A stretch of DNA of 64,000 nucleotides. It comes from Ranitomeya imitator (lineage: Eukaryota). The notes below the pieces were generated by a model that ran no database searches, had not been told where the DNA came from, and saw only the letters and a program-made list of their open reading frames with translations. Location: assembly GCF_032444005.1 (NCBI RefSeq), contig NC_091283.1, forward strand, positions 602,950,001 through 603,014,000, given 5' to 3'. The position numbers and the translations under genes were made by a program. Shown in pieces: positions 11,978 through 24,469 of this stretch (position 1 is the first letter of the stretch; each line of letters starts with the position of its first letter).

Positions 11978-12773
11978 TTAATGTAATAGAATGTGACTGC
12001 AGATTACACAGGGTTTGTTTATAGTCTGCCCTTATGGGGACGCGCAAGTCTGAATAGAGAAAATTGTAGATTTTAAATAAAGATTATCTGCAACTTGCCT
12101 AATTTTTAATTTTAGATGGAATACATCAATAAAAACTATTGGTTGATAAGGTGGACATTACCTTGTTGATTGGACAATGTTTAAGGTTGGGTGTACACTT
12201 TCGTGGTGCCATAGCAATAATGTTTAAGTGTAAGTGAATCATCAGATCCACATCGGCATGAATATTTTAAACCATCAGGAAAAATACATCAAATCAGACC
12301 ACTGTCATTGCTGTAGCATTAGCCTAGGCTGGCTGTACACATTAGATAGCTCTTCACCTACAGTTCTCTCCTGAACTTTCTGTATCCAAACGCTTGGCCC
12401 GGCAGAAGATACAGTAGGAAGAGTAGAGCAAACTACTGCTAGACTCCGCTAGTGGTGGCTTATCTCACTGAAATCATATGGATCTTACAGTTGAAATCCA
12501 ACTGTCCAACCAATATTTCCCTGCAGTTGGGGGGAGACTCGGGAGGCCATTCTACACATTAGATGGGGTTCAGACAATATACATGTAATGTGTCTGGCTA
12601 GCTTTAGGACTTATTCTCATGGCCAAATATTTTATCCACTTATAGATTGTTGTGGCCCCATATTATATCGCCATATGCATCCAGTTTTATACAAAAGGAC
12701 CATATAGACAGGGTAGTGCCCCAAAGCCCATAGGCACGTGGTGGCCATCAGCCTTCCTTGTTACTTAAAGCTA

Positions 12774-14379
12774 CAGTGGGGCAAAAAAGTATTTAGTCAG
12801 TCAGCAATAGTGCAAGTTCCACCACTTAAAAAGATGAGAGGCGTCTGTAATTAACATCATAGGTAGACCTCAACTATGGGAGACAAACTGAGAAAAAAAA
12901 ATCCAGAAAATCACATTGTCTGTTTTTTTAACAATTTATTTGCATATTATGGTGGAAAATAAGTATTTGGTCAGAAACAAACAATCAAGATTTCTGTCTC
13001 TCACAGACCTGTAACTTCTTCTTTAAGAGTCTCCTCTTTCCTCCACTCATTACCTGTAGTAATGGCACCTGTTTAAACTTGTTATCAGTATAAAAAGACA
13101 CCTGTGCACACCCTCAAACAGTCTGACTCCAAACTCCACTATGGTGAAGACCAAAGAGCTGTCAAAGGACACCAGAAGCAAAATTGTAGCCCTGCACCAG
13201 GCTGGGAAGACTGAATCTGCAATAGCCAACCAGCTTGGAGTGAAGAAATCAACAGTGGGAGCAATAATTAGAAAATGGAAGACATACAAGACCACTGATA
13301 ATCTCCCTCGATCTGGGGCTCCACGCAAAATCCCACCCCGTGGGGTCAGAATGATCACAAGAACGGTGAGCAAAAATCCCAGAACCACGCGGGGGGACCT
13401 AGTGAATGAACTGCAGAGAGCTGGGACCAATGTAACAAGGCCTACCATAAGTAACACACTACACCACCATGGACTCAGATCCTGCAGTGCCAGACGTGTC
13501 CCACTGCTTAAGCCAGTACATGTCCGGGCCCGTCTGAAGTTTGCTAGAGAGCATTTGGATGATCCAGAGGAGTTTTGGGAGAATGTCCTATGGTCTGATG
13601 AAACCAAACTGGAACTGTTTGGTAGAAACACAACTTGTCGTGTTTGGAGGAAAAAGAATACTGAGTTGCATCCATCAAACACCATACCTACTGTAAAGCA
13701 TGGTGGTGGAAACATCATGTTTTGGGGCTGTTTCTCTGCAAAGGGGCCAGGACGACTGATCCGGGTACATGAAAGAATGAATGGGGCCATGTATCGTGAG
13801 ATTTTGAGTGCAAACCTCCTTCCATCAGCAAGGGCATTAAAGATGAAACGTGGCTGGGTCTTTCAACATGACAATGATCCAAAGCACACCGCCAGGGCAA
13901 CGAAGGAGTGGCTTCGTAAGAAGCATTTCAAGGTCCTGGAGTGGCCTAGCCAGTCTCCAGATCTCAACCCTATAGAAAACCTTTGGAGGGAGTTGAAAAT
14001 CCGTGTTGCCAAGCGAAAAGCCAAAAACATCACTGCTCTAGAGGAGATCTGCATGGAGGAATGGGCCAACATACCAACAACAGTGTGTGGCAACCTTGTG
14101 AAGACTTACAGAAAACATTTGCCCTCTGTCATTGCCAACAAAGGATATATTACAAAGTATTGAGATGAAATTTTGTTTCTGACCAAATACTTATTTTCCA
14201 CCATAATATGCAAATAAAATGTTAAAAAAACAGACAATGTGATTTTCTGGATTTTTTTTTCTCAGTTTGTCTCCCATAGTTGAGGTCTACCTATGATGTA
14301 AATTACAGACGCCTCTCATCTTTTTAAGTGGTGGAACTTGCACTATTGCTGACTGACTAAATACTTTTTTGCCCCACTG
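12774..14379 (+). mobile_element. Full-length Tc1 (DD34E, IR/DR type) transposon, 1606 bp
   Basis: TA target duplication at 12772-73 and 14380-81. About 207-bp near-perfect inverted repeats starting CAGTGGGGCAAAAAAGTATTTAGTCAG, with an inner direct repeat AAATAAGTATTTGGTCAG. Encloses an intact transposase ORF. Confidence 0.96.
13141..14163 (+). CDS. Tc1 transposase, 340 aa, uninterrupted
   Basis: Paired-like HTH N-terminus, GAPRK AT-hook-like linker, [15 protein letters not shown] and [11 protein letters not shown], with 34 residues between the second D and the E. Confidence 0.96.
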   Translation: MVKTKELSKDTRSKIVALHQAGKTESAIANQLGVKKSTVGAIIRKWKTYKTTDNLPRSGAPRKIPPRGVRMITRTVSKNPRTTRGDLVNELQRAGTNVTRPTISNTLHHHGLRSCSARRVPLLKPVHVRARLKFAREHLDDPEEFWENVLWSDETKLELFGRNTTCRVWRKKNTELHPSNTIPTVKHGGGNIMFWGCFSAKGPGRLIRVHERMNGAMYREILSANLLPSARALKMKRGWVFQHDNDPKHTARATKEWLRKKHFKVLEWPSQSPDLNPIENLWRELKIRVAKRKAKNITALEEICMEEWANIPTTVCGNLVKTYRKHLPSVIANKGYITKY

Positions 14380-15891
14380 TATGTAGGTGCAGGGCCTCCA
14401 ACAAATTGCATAAATATGACAAGTACTATTTAAATGCAAATTTATCCAAAAAAATTGGGTCTTTTAGCAGTGCTCCTCTTAGAGAATACGGTGCCTAAGC
14501 ATGTATATTTTATTGTATAGACTGATAAGGACCCCATGTTCATAGACATAAAATTGGACCTATATATTTAGAGATACAGTTCTAAATTCTTTTGAACAAG
14601 AAGTGTAATATAAATACTAATAGCAAAAACAACATAAAGTCCACAGAATTCTAATAATTAAGGATAGAAGTTATTGAAACAATACATTTCGAATGGTCTT
14701 CATTTAATGCATTACATCTGGAATTATACTGGAAGTCTCGTAGTGTAGTTGAAAAAAAAAATAATTTGTCTGTCAAGCTCGGTATGGAAAATATGAAGGT
14801 TGGGTTGTGTAGGAAGATGAAAAAAAAAATTATAAAAAAGTAAAATATTTCCTGAACCAAAAATGGCTATACAACTGGGCCAACATTCCATGAAGTATTG
14901 GTATATACGGTATTTACATATTTTTGCATTTATTGTCATAGCAGTAAAGGAGTTGTCTGACACCACATACTCCAACCTGAATAATCTATACTGTGAAGCA
15001 TTTTTGTTATTTCCATCTATTAAAACGTATGTACCAGTGCTCCTATACAGTACACTTTCGGCTGTTATTTTTTTGTTTACTTCCAATTATGTTGTAAACT
15101 CCCACCATGCCTAGTACAGAACGTTATCACTGATGAGTGCTCTTCTATGACACCGTGAGCATGCTTTTCAGACACATGCTCCATTCACTTACCACTAATA
15201 CTAATCTTCAATGTGCATGCAATGATAGCAGAGTGAAGATTAGAAGTCAGCACTAAGCACAGATCTCCATACAAAGCCTTTATAAATAATATATTTCCTT
15301 GTGGAAATTTACATTTATATCTCAGTTGGAATACATGGGACAGACCAGACCAAATGGTGCCCATATACTTCAGAGAGCTGTCAGCCAACAGCTGCAATCT
15401 CTCTCCTGACTCCCCTATACATATGACCAATGGGCTCGCCTGAGCGTATATGTGTTCTGTATTGTGAAATCATGGTAAGACCTCAACAAATATTTTAGGA
15501 CAGACAACTTATCTACCTGGAGAATAAAAGGATAGGGCATTTGAATTCAAACTTCCTGATTCTTCACTCTCCTGATATCATCTGCAAGAAGTGGAAGCCC
15601 CTCCTCCAAAATAGAGGGTTAGTCATTCCCACCTGTAATGTTGTGTGTATGGGGGCCTTCAGCCTAAAGCAGGACCACTTCAGATTTTTGAACATACCCA
15701 AAGTGTTGGGCAGGATAAATCTACTGCAAATGAGCAATCCATGTGCTCCAAAGACAGGCTCAAGGACTCATGGGAAGTTGTGTTCAAAAAGAGCAAGGCT
15801 AATAGACATGTTCCAGATAAATTAGAAGACAGAGATTATTTTCATGTTCCTGACCAGGCCAAATTTTACATTTCAGACAAGTGTCACTTTA

Positions 15892-18195
15892 TCTATAATA
15901 TAACGCTGGGAGCGTCACTCTGTCCGAAGCCTTTATAGACTGCGCAAGCGCAAGCGCAGTCTGGACCCCACAGAGTGACGCTCCCAGGAGATCGCGGTAT
16001 GCGTAAACACTGAACGCACACTGCGATTTCCACCGGAGAGGCAGTGACCGTGGACGCGCCAGGAGGGTGAGTATTATATTCACCTGTCCCCCGCTCCAGC
16101 GCTGCGTGCGGCTCCGTGTCCCGGTCCTCTGCTGTGACGTTCACAGTTCAGAGGGCGCGATGACGCGCTTAATGCGCGCCGGCGCCGCCCTCTGACTGAA
16201 CAGTCACAGCTAGAGGAGCCGAAACATGGAGCGGACGCAGCGCTGGAACGGGGGACAGGTGAATATAGCAAGTGCTGGGGGGCCTGAGCTAGCGGCGATA
16301 CCGGTACCTGACCCCCACAGCGCGTCGGTGTCCCCGCCTGCTCAGGCCCTCCAGCACTCGGCGCCCAGCGACGATAGGTGAGTATGGTATTTTTTTTTTA
16401 TATATCGCAGCATACGGGGGCATATACAATGGAGCATCTTATGGGGCCATAAACCATAATGGAGCAGTGTATGGGGGCATACACTATGGAGCATCTTATG
16501 GGGGCCATCAATCATAATGGAGCAGTGTACGGGGGCATACACTATGGAGCATCTTATGGGGGCCATAAACCATAATGGAGCAGTGTACGGGGGCATACAC
16601 TATGGAGCATCTTATGGGGCCATCAACCATAATGGAGCAGTGTACGGGGGCATACACTATGGAGCATCTTATGGGGGCCATAAACCTTTATGGAGCACTG
16701 TACGGGGCATACACTATGGAGCATCTTATGGGGGCCATCAACCATAATGGAGCAGTGTACGGGGCATATACTATGGAGCATCTTATGGGGGCCATAAACT
16801 ATAATGGAGCAGCGTACGGGGGCATACACTATGGAGCATCTTATGGTGGCCATAAACCATAATGGAGCAGTGTACGGGGGCATACACTATGGAACATCTT
16901 ATGGAGGCCATAAACCATAATGGAGCAGTGTACGGGGGCATACACTATGGAGCATCTTATGGGGGCCATCAACCATAATGGAGCAGCATATGGGGCATAC
17001 ACTATGGAGCATCTTATGGGGGCCATAAACCATAATGGAGCAGTGTACGGGGGCATACACTATGGAGCATCTTATGGGGCCATCAACCATAATGGAGCAG
17101 TTTACGGGGGCATACACTATGGGGCATCTTATGGGGGCCATAAACCTTTATGGAGCACTGTATGGGGCATACACTATGGAGCATCTTATGGGGGCCATCA
17201 ACCATAATGGAGCAGTGTACGGGGGCATATACTATGGAGCATCTTATGGGGGCCATAAACTATAATGGAGCAGTGTACGGGGGCATATCCCATGGAGCAT
17301 CTTATGGGGGCCATCAACCGTAATGGAGCAGTGTACGGGGGCATACACTATGGAGCATCTTATGGGGCCATAAACCATAATGGAGCAGTGTACGGGGGCA
17401 TACACTATGGAGCATCTTATGGGGGCCATAAACCATAATGGAGCAGTGTACGTGGGTATACACTATGGAGCATCTTATGGGGCCATCAACCATAATGGAG
17501 CAGTGTACGGGGGCATATACTATGGAGCATCTTATGGGGGCCATCAAACATAATGGAGCAGTGTACGGGGGCATACACTATGGAGCATCTTATGGGGCCA
17601 TAAACCATAATGGAGCAGTGTACAGGGGCATACACTATGGAGCATCTTATGGGGCCATCAACCATAATGGAGCAGTGTACGGGGGCATACACTATGGAGC
17701 ATCTTATGGGGGCCATAAACCTTTATGGAGCACTGTACGGGGCATACACTATGGAGCATCTTATGGGGGCCATCAACCATAATGGAGCAGTGTATGGGGG
17801 CATACACTATGGAGCATCTTATGGGGGCCATAAACCTTTATGGAGCAGTGTACGGGGCATATACTATGGAGCATCTTATGGGGGCCATAAACTTTTATGG
17901 AGCAGTTTACGGGGCATATGGATGGGAGAAGCAAATTAAAGAATGGTGGCGCAGGATGGGAGCAGCACATGACAGAACGGGGGCGCAGGATGGGAGCAGC
18001 ACATGACAGAATAGGGCAGCACATGACAGAACGGGGGTGCAGGATGGGTGCAACACATGACAGGATGGGGGGCGCAGGATGGGTGCAGCACATGGCAGGA
18101 TTGGGACGCAGGATGGGAGCAGCACATACCAGGATGGAGACCATATACCAATATAAATGCTCGCCACCCGGGCGTAGAACGGGTTCAATAGCTAG
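15892..18195 (+). mobile_element. Non-autonomous Helitron, 2.3 kb
   Basis: Inserted between host A (15891) and T (18196). 5' end TCTATAATATAACG, 3' end CTAG (18192-95), preceded by an ACCCG-N9-CGGGT hairpin (18166-18184). No TSD and no TIR. Confidence 0.8.
16416..17905. repeat. 57-59-bp minisatellite, roughly 25 copies, inside the Helitron
   Basis: Unit GGGGCATACACTATGGAGCATCTTATGGGGGCCATAAACCATAATGGAGCAGTGTACG. The period shows in ORF offsets (16517 vs 16575). It is followed by a looser GGATGGGAGCAGCACATGACAGAA repeat to about 18125. Confidence 0.95.
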
Positions 18196-18564
18196 TGTAA
18201 TAATAACCCTGGAATGCTTCAACGAATCCCAGTGATTCTGAGATTGTTTTTTGGGACACATTGTACTTTAAATTAGTGGTAAATTTATGTTAAAATTGTA
18301 TGCATTTATTTGTGAAAATATCGGCATTTTGGTGAAAACGTTGAAAATTTTGCAATTTTCACTTTCAGTTTTTATATCTTAAAACCAGTTGGTAATGCTA
18401 TAACGCAAAAAAATCAGCCAAGGATTAGCAGAGTATCTAGAGATATTCAGACAATTGTCATATATACAATAATATTATATGCTAACTAAATTGCATGGGA
18501 GGGAGTAGTATTATAATAAAGACAGGAGGCAGAGATTTCTTCCAGGCACCGCAGCCCCGGAAAA

Positions 18565-20204
18565 AACGAAGAAAAAAACATAACAAAGTCCAAAATGCAG
18601 TTTAAATTACAATATTTATTAGAATATATATAATATAGTGTAACGGTGGGAAAAAAATACCAAAAAAAGCACAACGCCAGGGACATATAAATGGCAGCAC
18701 TAAAAATAAATTAAATATATGACCACAGTGTAAAGACAACATATATGTGCATACCTTTGTCTATAAGCCATAAAATATATAGCAAGCAGATTTACCAAAT
18801 GAATATTATAAAGTGCATGTGCAAACTTAATTAATTGGTGGCAAAAAAAGACCAAATAGAGATGCTGATAGTAAATATTGGTCCAAACTATTGGCGCTAA
18901 ATCTGGCCAGTATATAGTATAATAGTCATAGTGACCAGTGAGCTATAAGGCACCCAGCGGGCAAGCAAACAAAAAATGCCCCCCAAAAAAACAAAAAAAA
19001 CAAAATAAAAAACGGAGTAAAGGTAACAAAAGAAGCCACCTGGTATACCTGCTGAGTGGGATGAACGTCCCTTGGATGTGCCAAACCCCGACGCGCGTTT
19101 CGGCGTCTGCCTTCGTCAGGGGGTGGCTACATCCAAGGGAAGCTAGGTATTTATGTAATGGGCAGCCAATGAGAGGGGGAGCGGGTGTGGAGTGACGCGC
19201 GCCGACATAGGAGATCACCAGAAGGCGCCGACCCACAAACCCATGCAGCCCCGGCGCCGCGATCAGCTGACGCGACACAGGGGAACATGGGAGATGGGGC
19301 AGGGCCAACCGGAACGCAATGCCAGCGTGCGTTCCACCCGGCCCACTGTCATTGGATAAAAGAGACCATGTGATGCCGCAGGTCCTGGAAGGGTAAAGTA
19401 AATCTAGACGGAGTATGGGAACTAATAGGAAAGATGAAACCATGTGATGTGACAGGTCCTGAAAGGAAAAAGGGGAAAATAGCGGAGTATTGGGATAACA
19501 AATAAATGCAAATATAGTGGTAATAATCGGTAAGTGAATATACAAAACAAAATTGGCAGAAACTGAGGTGAAATGTGGAATAAATAATATAGAAAAATTA
19601 GAAATGAGATTAATATGTATGAATACAAAAATAATAAATATGAAAAATAAAAATATAAGATTGACTATGATGAAAATACGGGGACCAAAAAAGTGCCTAA
19701 ATCATAAGAATAATAATGTGTAAACACACGATTAGGCTTCTTTTTGACCTTTACTCCGTTTTTTAGTTTGTGTTTTTTTTGGGGGGAGGGGCACTTTTTG
19801 TTTCTTGCCCGCTGGGTGCCTTATAGCTCACTGGTCACTATGACTATTATACTATATACCGGCCGGATTTAGCGCCAATAGTTTGCACCAATATTTACTA
19901 TCAGCATCTCTATTTGGTCTTTTTTTGCCACCAATTAATTAAGTTTGCACATGCACTTTATAATATTCATTTGGTAAATCTGCTTGCTATATATTTTATG
20001 GCTTATAGACACAGGTATGCACATATATGTTGTCTTTACACTGTGGTCATATATTTAATTTATTTTTAGTGCTGCCATTTATTTGTCCCTGGTATTGTGC
20101 TTTTTATGGTATTTTTTTCCCACCGTTACACTATATTATATATATTTTAATAAATATTGTAATTTATACTGCATTTTGGACTTTGTTTAGTTTTTTTCTT
20201 CTTT
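18565..20204 (-). mobile_element. Fold-back PLE-derived element: about 470-bp inverted arms around a 700-bp spacer containing a hammerhead
   Basis: 18565-19037 is the reverse complement of 19735-20204 with scattered mismatches. Hammerhead at 19068-19140 lies just inside the left arm. No ORF with recognisable domains. Confidence 0.75.
19068..19140 (-). ncRNA. Type I hammerhead ribozyme with extended helix I
   Basis: Minus strand UCCCUUGGAUGU-A-GCCA-CCCC-CUGACGA-A-GGC AGAC GCC-GAAA-CGCGCG-UC-GGGG-UU-UGGC-ACAUCCAAGGGA. Intact core and GUC triplet (predicted cut between 19090 and 19089). Helix I has about 20 bp, including a perfect 12-bp distal segment. Confidence 0.88.
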
Positions 20205-20214
20205 TCCTTTTTGC

Positions 20215-20670
20215 TTTCCTCTGCACTGTCAGCGCCGGTCAGCCGTAAAGCAGAGCGGTGACGTCACCGCTGTGCTTTCCGGCTGGCCGGCACTCACAGC
20301 CAGTGCAGAGAAGCACAGCGCCGGAGGACAGACACGGAAGGTAAGTATCTAGTGTCTGTTTTTTTACGTTTACGCTGGTAACCAGGGTAAACATCGGGTT
20401 ACTAAGCGCGGCCCTGCGCTTAGTAACCCGATGTTTACCCTGGTTACCAGTGAAGACATCGCTGAATCGGCGTCACACACGCCGATTCAGCAATGTCAGC
20501 GGGAGATCTAGCGACGAAATAAAGTTTCAAACGATCTGCTACGACGTACGATTCTCAGCGGGGTCCCTGATCGCAGTAGCGTGTCAGACACAGCGAGATC
20601 GTAACGATATCGCTGGAACGTCACGGATCGTGCCGTCCTAGCGATCAAAGTGCCACTGTGTGACGGTACC
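20215..20670. mobile_element. Right half of a MITE of the same family as 11236-11977
   Basis: Shares GGTAACCAGGGTAAACATCGGGTTACTAAGCGCGGCCCTGCGC and ends TGTGACGGTACC|CTAA. The left half is absent. Confidence 0.8.
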
Positions 20671-20739
20671 CTAACCCATATGTGGTTGTACACTACTGTT
20701 TGCATGCACAGCAGGGATCGTTTGGAAAGGAGCGCTACT

Positions 20740-22500
20740 TATACATTTCATTTGAATAGAGTCTGGGCTCCATTAGCTGAGCCTCTGAGGTGCCAAAACA
20801 ACAGAACCCCCACAGGTGACTCCATATTAGAAATTTCACTGCCTAAGGAATTCATTTAGGGGTGTAGTGAGTATTTTTAACCCATAGGTACCTCAGAATT
20901 TTATAACATTGAGACATGGAAGTATGACGTTAGGGGTAAAAATGTATTTTTTTGTATTTGCTGCAAATTTGTTAGGTACACAAGGGTTAATAGGTGAAAC
21001 TAAACCCCAAAATTTATTTCACAGTTACTGTTGTACGCTAAGCACTTATGTCAGGATTTCCGTGTAAATCCTGACGGAACCACTCATCATAATGAGGCAA
21101 ATGGAGACACTTTGGAGTCCGTTTGGCATTTTCTCCAGTTATACCCATCTTTTTAGGCGTGCACAGACCTGTAGTCGTCCACACATGTGCGCTAAAAAGA
21201 CGCCTAAAATGATGGGACACAGTCGGTACACAGACCAGTCCAAAGTGACTCCATTTGCCCAATGAGTGGTTCTGTAGGGGGGTTTTGTCTGAATCGCGGT
21301 TTTGGTGAAAGTACACGGAAACTCAGAATCGCTCAACAGAGATGGTAGGATAAAATTTGAGCCGAGCTGTATTCCGATTTTTGGGAGCAGAAGGAATAAA
21401 CAGACAGCAGTAAAAGAAAAGTTATTATTTTTATTTTTTCACAGTTCACTGTGCGATACAAGTGATAAGGCGGATTTATTCTTCGGGTCGGTGCTGTTTC
21501 AGCTATACCAGATTTATATTGTTTTTTTTTTTAGGTTTTGCTGCTATCACACAGTAAAGGTGCTTTTTCATTAAAAAAAAGTATTTTTTTGTTGCCATAT
21601 TGTGAGAGCTGTAACTTTTTATTTTTTGGCGAACAGAGCTGTGCGAGGGCTTATTTTTTGCGGGATGAGTTGCAGATTTTTTGGTATAATTTTGGGGTAC
21701 ATAGTATTTTTTGATTGCTTTTTATTCAGATTTTTCAAACACTAAACCAAAACCAGCAATTCAGTTATTGTTGTTATTTTTTGTGTTATTCACCGTGCGG
21801 TAAAAGTGATAAGACAGATTTGTTCTTTGGGTTGGTACAATTACAGCAATACCAGATTTATATTCTTTGTGCCAGATTTATAGAGCGAGTTGTTCCGGAT
21901 GCAGCTTTACCAATTATGTGGGTTTTTTTGTTTGTTTTATCACAAATGCTGCATATTGCATGGCAAAACATCTTTAAATGATGTGTGCGCTTTTTAAAAA
22001 AAAAGGTTTCCATATTTTATGTAACTTATTTTCATCTCTGGTCTCATACACTGCAGTACTCATGTACAGCAGTGCATGAAAGCAGTCAGTGTTTCACTGA
22101 CACAACTTCTGGGACCCAGCTTATAGCTGGATCTCACAGGCCACCGTACCCTGGGGTCATCACATGACCTCAGGATACCATGGTAACCAAAAGGACCCAC
22201 GAATGTCATCGCAGGGGTACGATGGTTAGCAAGGGGGTCTTGCAACCCCCTTGCAACCAATTGAACACTGCTGTCATGATTGACAGTAGTATTTAAGGGC
22301 TTAATCGGCCACGATCAGCTTCATGACTGGCTAGGGCCAATACAGAACGGTGTCAGCTGTTATGTATAGCTGACACCTGCAGGAATTACCGCCACCGGGC
22401 AGCACTATTTCCTTATTCCTCAGCGCCACTATTAATGGTGCTGAGGAATAAGGACCCTTAATGACCGCACTTAAAAGGCGTAGCGGCAGTTGTTAAGGGC
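20740..22500. mobile_element. Large non-autonomous TTAA-target DNA element (right part), with a palindromic MITE-like insert at about 21075-21275
   Basis: Ends TGTTAAGGGC|TTAA with a subterminal hairpin CCCTTAATGACCGC...GCGG...TTAAGGG and internal duplicated blocks. The left terminus is not found. Confidence 0.5.
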
Positions 22501-24239
22501 TTAATGCTTTAGCTTCTCAATATCTGTATAAACAGTGCTGAGCCAGAACTTGCTTATACAGATTAGGAAGCAAGGATATTGTTTTCTCCTCAGGAGCCAG
22601 TGATCCTGTGATTGCTTAGTGAAGGGAGGAAACAGTAGGGCTGACTAGGGCTTCTATGATCCAACAGTTCCTATGTAGCCAGGAGGCTAAATTTCACTAC
22701 TACTGGGGCTAATATACAGGTGCGTCTCACAAAATTAGAATACCATCAAAAAGTTAATTTATTTCAGTTCTTCAATACAAAAAGTGAAACTCATATAGAG
22801 TCATTACAAACAGAGTGATTTATTTAAAGTGTTTATTTCTGTCAATGTTGATGATTATGGCTTACAGCTAATAAAAACCCAAAAGTCATTATCTCAGTAA
22901 ATTAGCGTAATTAACAAATAACACCTGCAAAGGCTTCCTAAGCTTTTAAAAAGGTCCCTTTGCCTGTTTCTGTAGGCTCCACAATCATGGGGAAGACGGC
23001 TGACTTAACAGATGATAGGACACACTCCACAGGGAGGGTAAGCCATGAAAGGTCATTGCTAAAGAAGCTGGCTGTTCACAAAGTGCTGTAGCATATTAAT
23101 GGAAAGTTGAGTGGAAGGAAAAGTGTATGTAACAACTCTGCTGGCATCACGGCATGGCCTCTCATCTCTCACACTATCTTACCCACTGCTCCAGGTCATG
23201 TTGCGGTTTCTGTTTCTAGCCAGTGCCATATTCTGTGCCTCTGCCCTCTGCATGCTTCCTGGCTGTGTGTATAATGGGACGGCGTCTGAACTCTCTGGTT
23301 CTTATAGGAATCAGGTGCACCTGTCTAATCTGTTCCTGACTAGTGTTGAGCGATACCTTCCGATATCGGAAAGTATCGGTATCGGATAGGATCGGCCGAT
23401 ATTCAAAAAATATCGGATATCGCCGATACCGATACCCGATCCCAATGCAAGTCAATGGGACCAAAATATCGGAATTAAAATAAACCCTTTCTTGCCTTGT
23501 AGGTTCATTCTACATGAAGGAAAACAACTAAGAATAATGCCGGATGTATTTGGGGAGGTGGCGGAGACATTAAAGTCATAGAGGTTTATCCCAATCAAAT
23601 AGAATAGCATGTTTTTTTTTTTTTTTAAGACGTTCGGAGTGACAAAGATATTGACTATGTACATTTTTTTTTTATTTTGTCAGATATTGATGTTTCACTA
23701 TTCCACGCCCTTCCCCTTCTTTTTTTTCTTTTTTTTTTTCTTTTCCCACACTTTCATCTTCATCATCATCAGCATCTTTGACATCAACTTCTTCTTCACC
23801 TTATTCATCTTCTTCTTCATCCTTTACCTTTTTTTTTTTTTTTATTACATTCTTCATATTCATTTTATTCAACTATTATTATTCTTCCTATTCTACATAT
23901 TCTTTTTATTCCACTGTTATTATTCTTCCTATTCTACTTCTTCATCATATTCTCATTTGTGACAGGCATTCCCGTAGTTGTTATCTATAAAAGTTGGAAG
24001 ATTACACCTTCTGTTCTGCCAGTCACAAAAGTTACATTTGTCCGCGTTCAGTTTGGCCTGCAGCATCAGGCTTTATCCAGGGGCACCACGAGGAGGAACG
24101 GACTCACCCCCATACACTGCTTAGTCTTCTTCTGCATATAATTTAGATAATATCTTTTGCTCTGATATTAAGTCTTATGCTTAATGTTCTTCTGCTCTTT
24201 GTTATGCAGCCTCTTGTTCTTCTGCTTCTCGGTCTTCCA

Positions 24240-24415
24240 TGTCGTCGTCTCCAGGGTCGTCGTCTCCAGTGTCGTCATCTCCGCCGTCGTCGTCTCAGCC
24301 GTCGTCGTCTCCGCCGTCGTCGTCTCCGCCGTCGTCGTCTCCGCCGTCGTCGTCATCGGGGTGGTCTTCCGGGTCGTCGTCGTCGTCATCGGGGTGGTCT
24401 TCCGGGTCGTCGACT
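24240..24415. repeat. 15-bp GTCGTCGTCTCCGCC-type short tandem repeat inside the hAT
   Basis: Tandem GTCGTCGTCTCC(G/A)(C/G)(C/T) units are directly visible. Confidence 0.9.
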
Positions 24416-24469
24416 TTAGGGTCTTCAACTTGGAAATGTAGCAGAAGGTACAAGAAGGCTGAGAAAATG

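Noticed and set aside
13050-13790. 246-aa antisense ORF
   Set aside because: It is the shadow of the Tc1 transposase on the opposite strand. The same applies to the antisense ORFs over the hAT (39690-42965) and PLE coding regions.
14724-15114. 120-aa (-) and 83-aa (+) ORFs in unique-looking AT-rich DNA
   Set aside because: No recognisable motif and no convincing splice sites. They run through poly-A/T tracts and are probably 3' UTR or intergenic.
15130-15160. CTGATGA followed by GTG...CAC, resembling a hammerhead start
   Set aside because: The required GAAA after helix II is missing (CGTG instead) and there is no helix I/III. CTGATGA at about 9236 fails the same way.
16342-18261. Many ORFs such as MEQCTGAYTMEHLMG... 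in all frames
   Set aside because: They are translations of the 58-bp minisatellite with frame-shifting unit-length variation.
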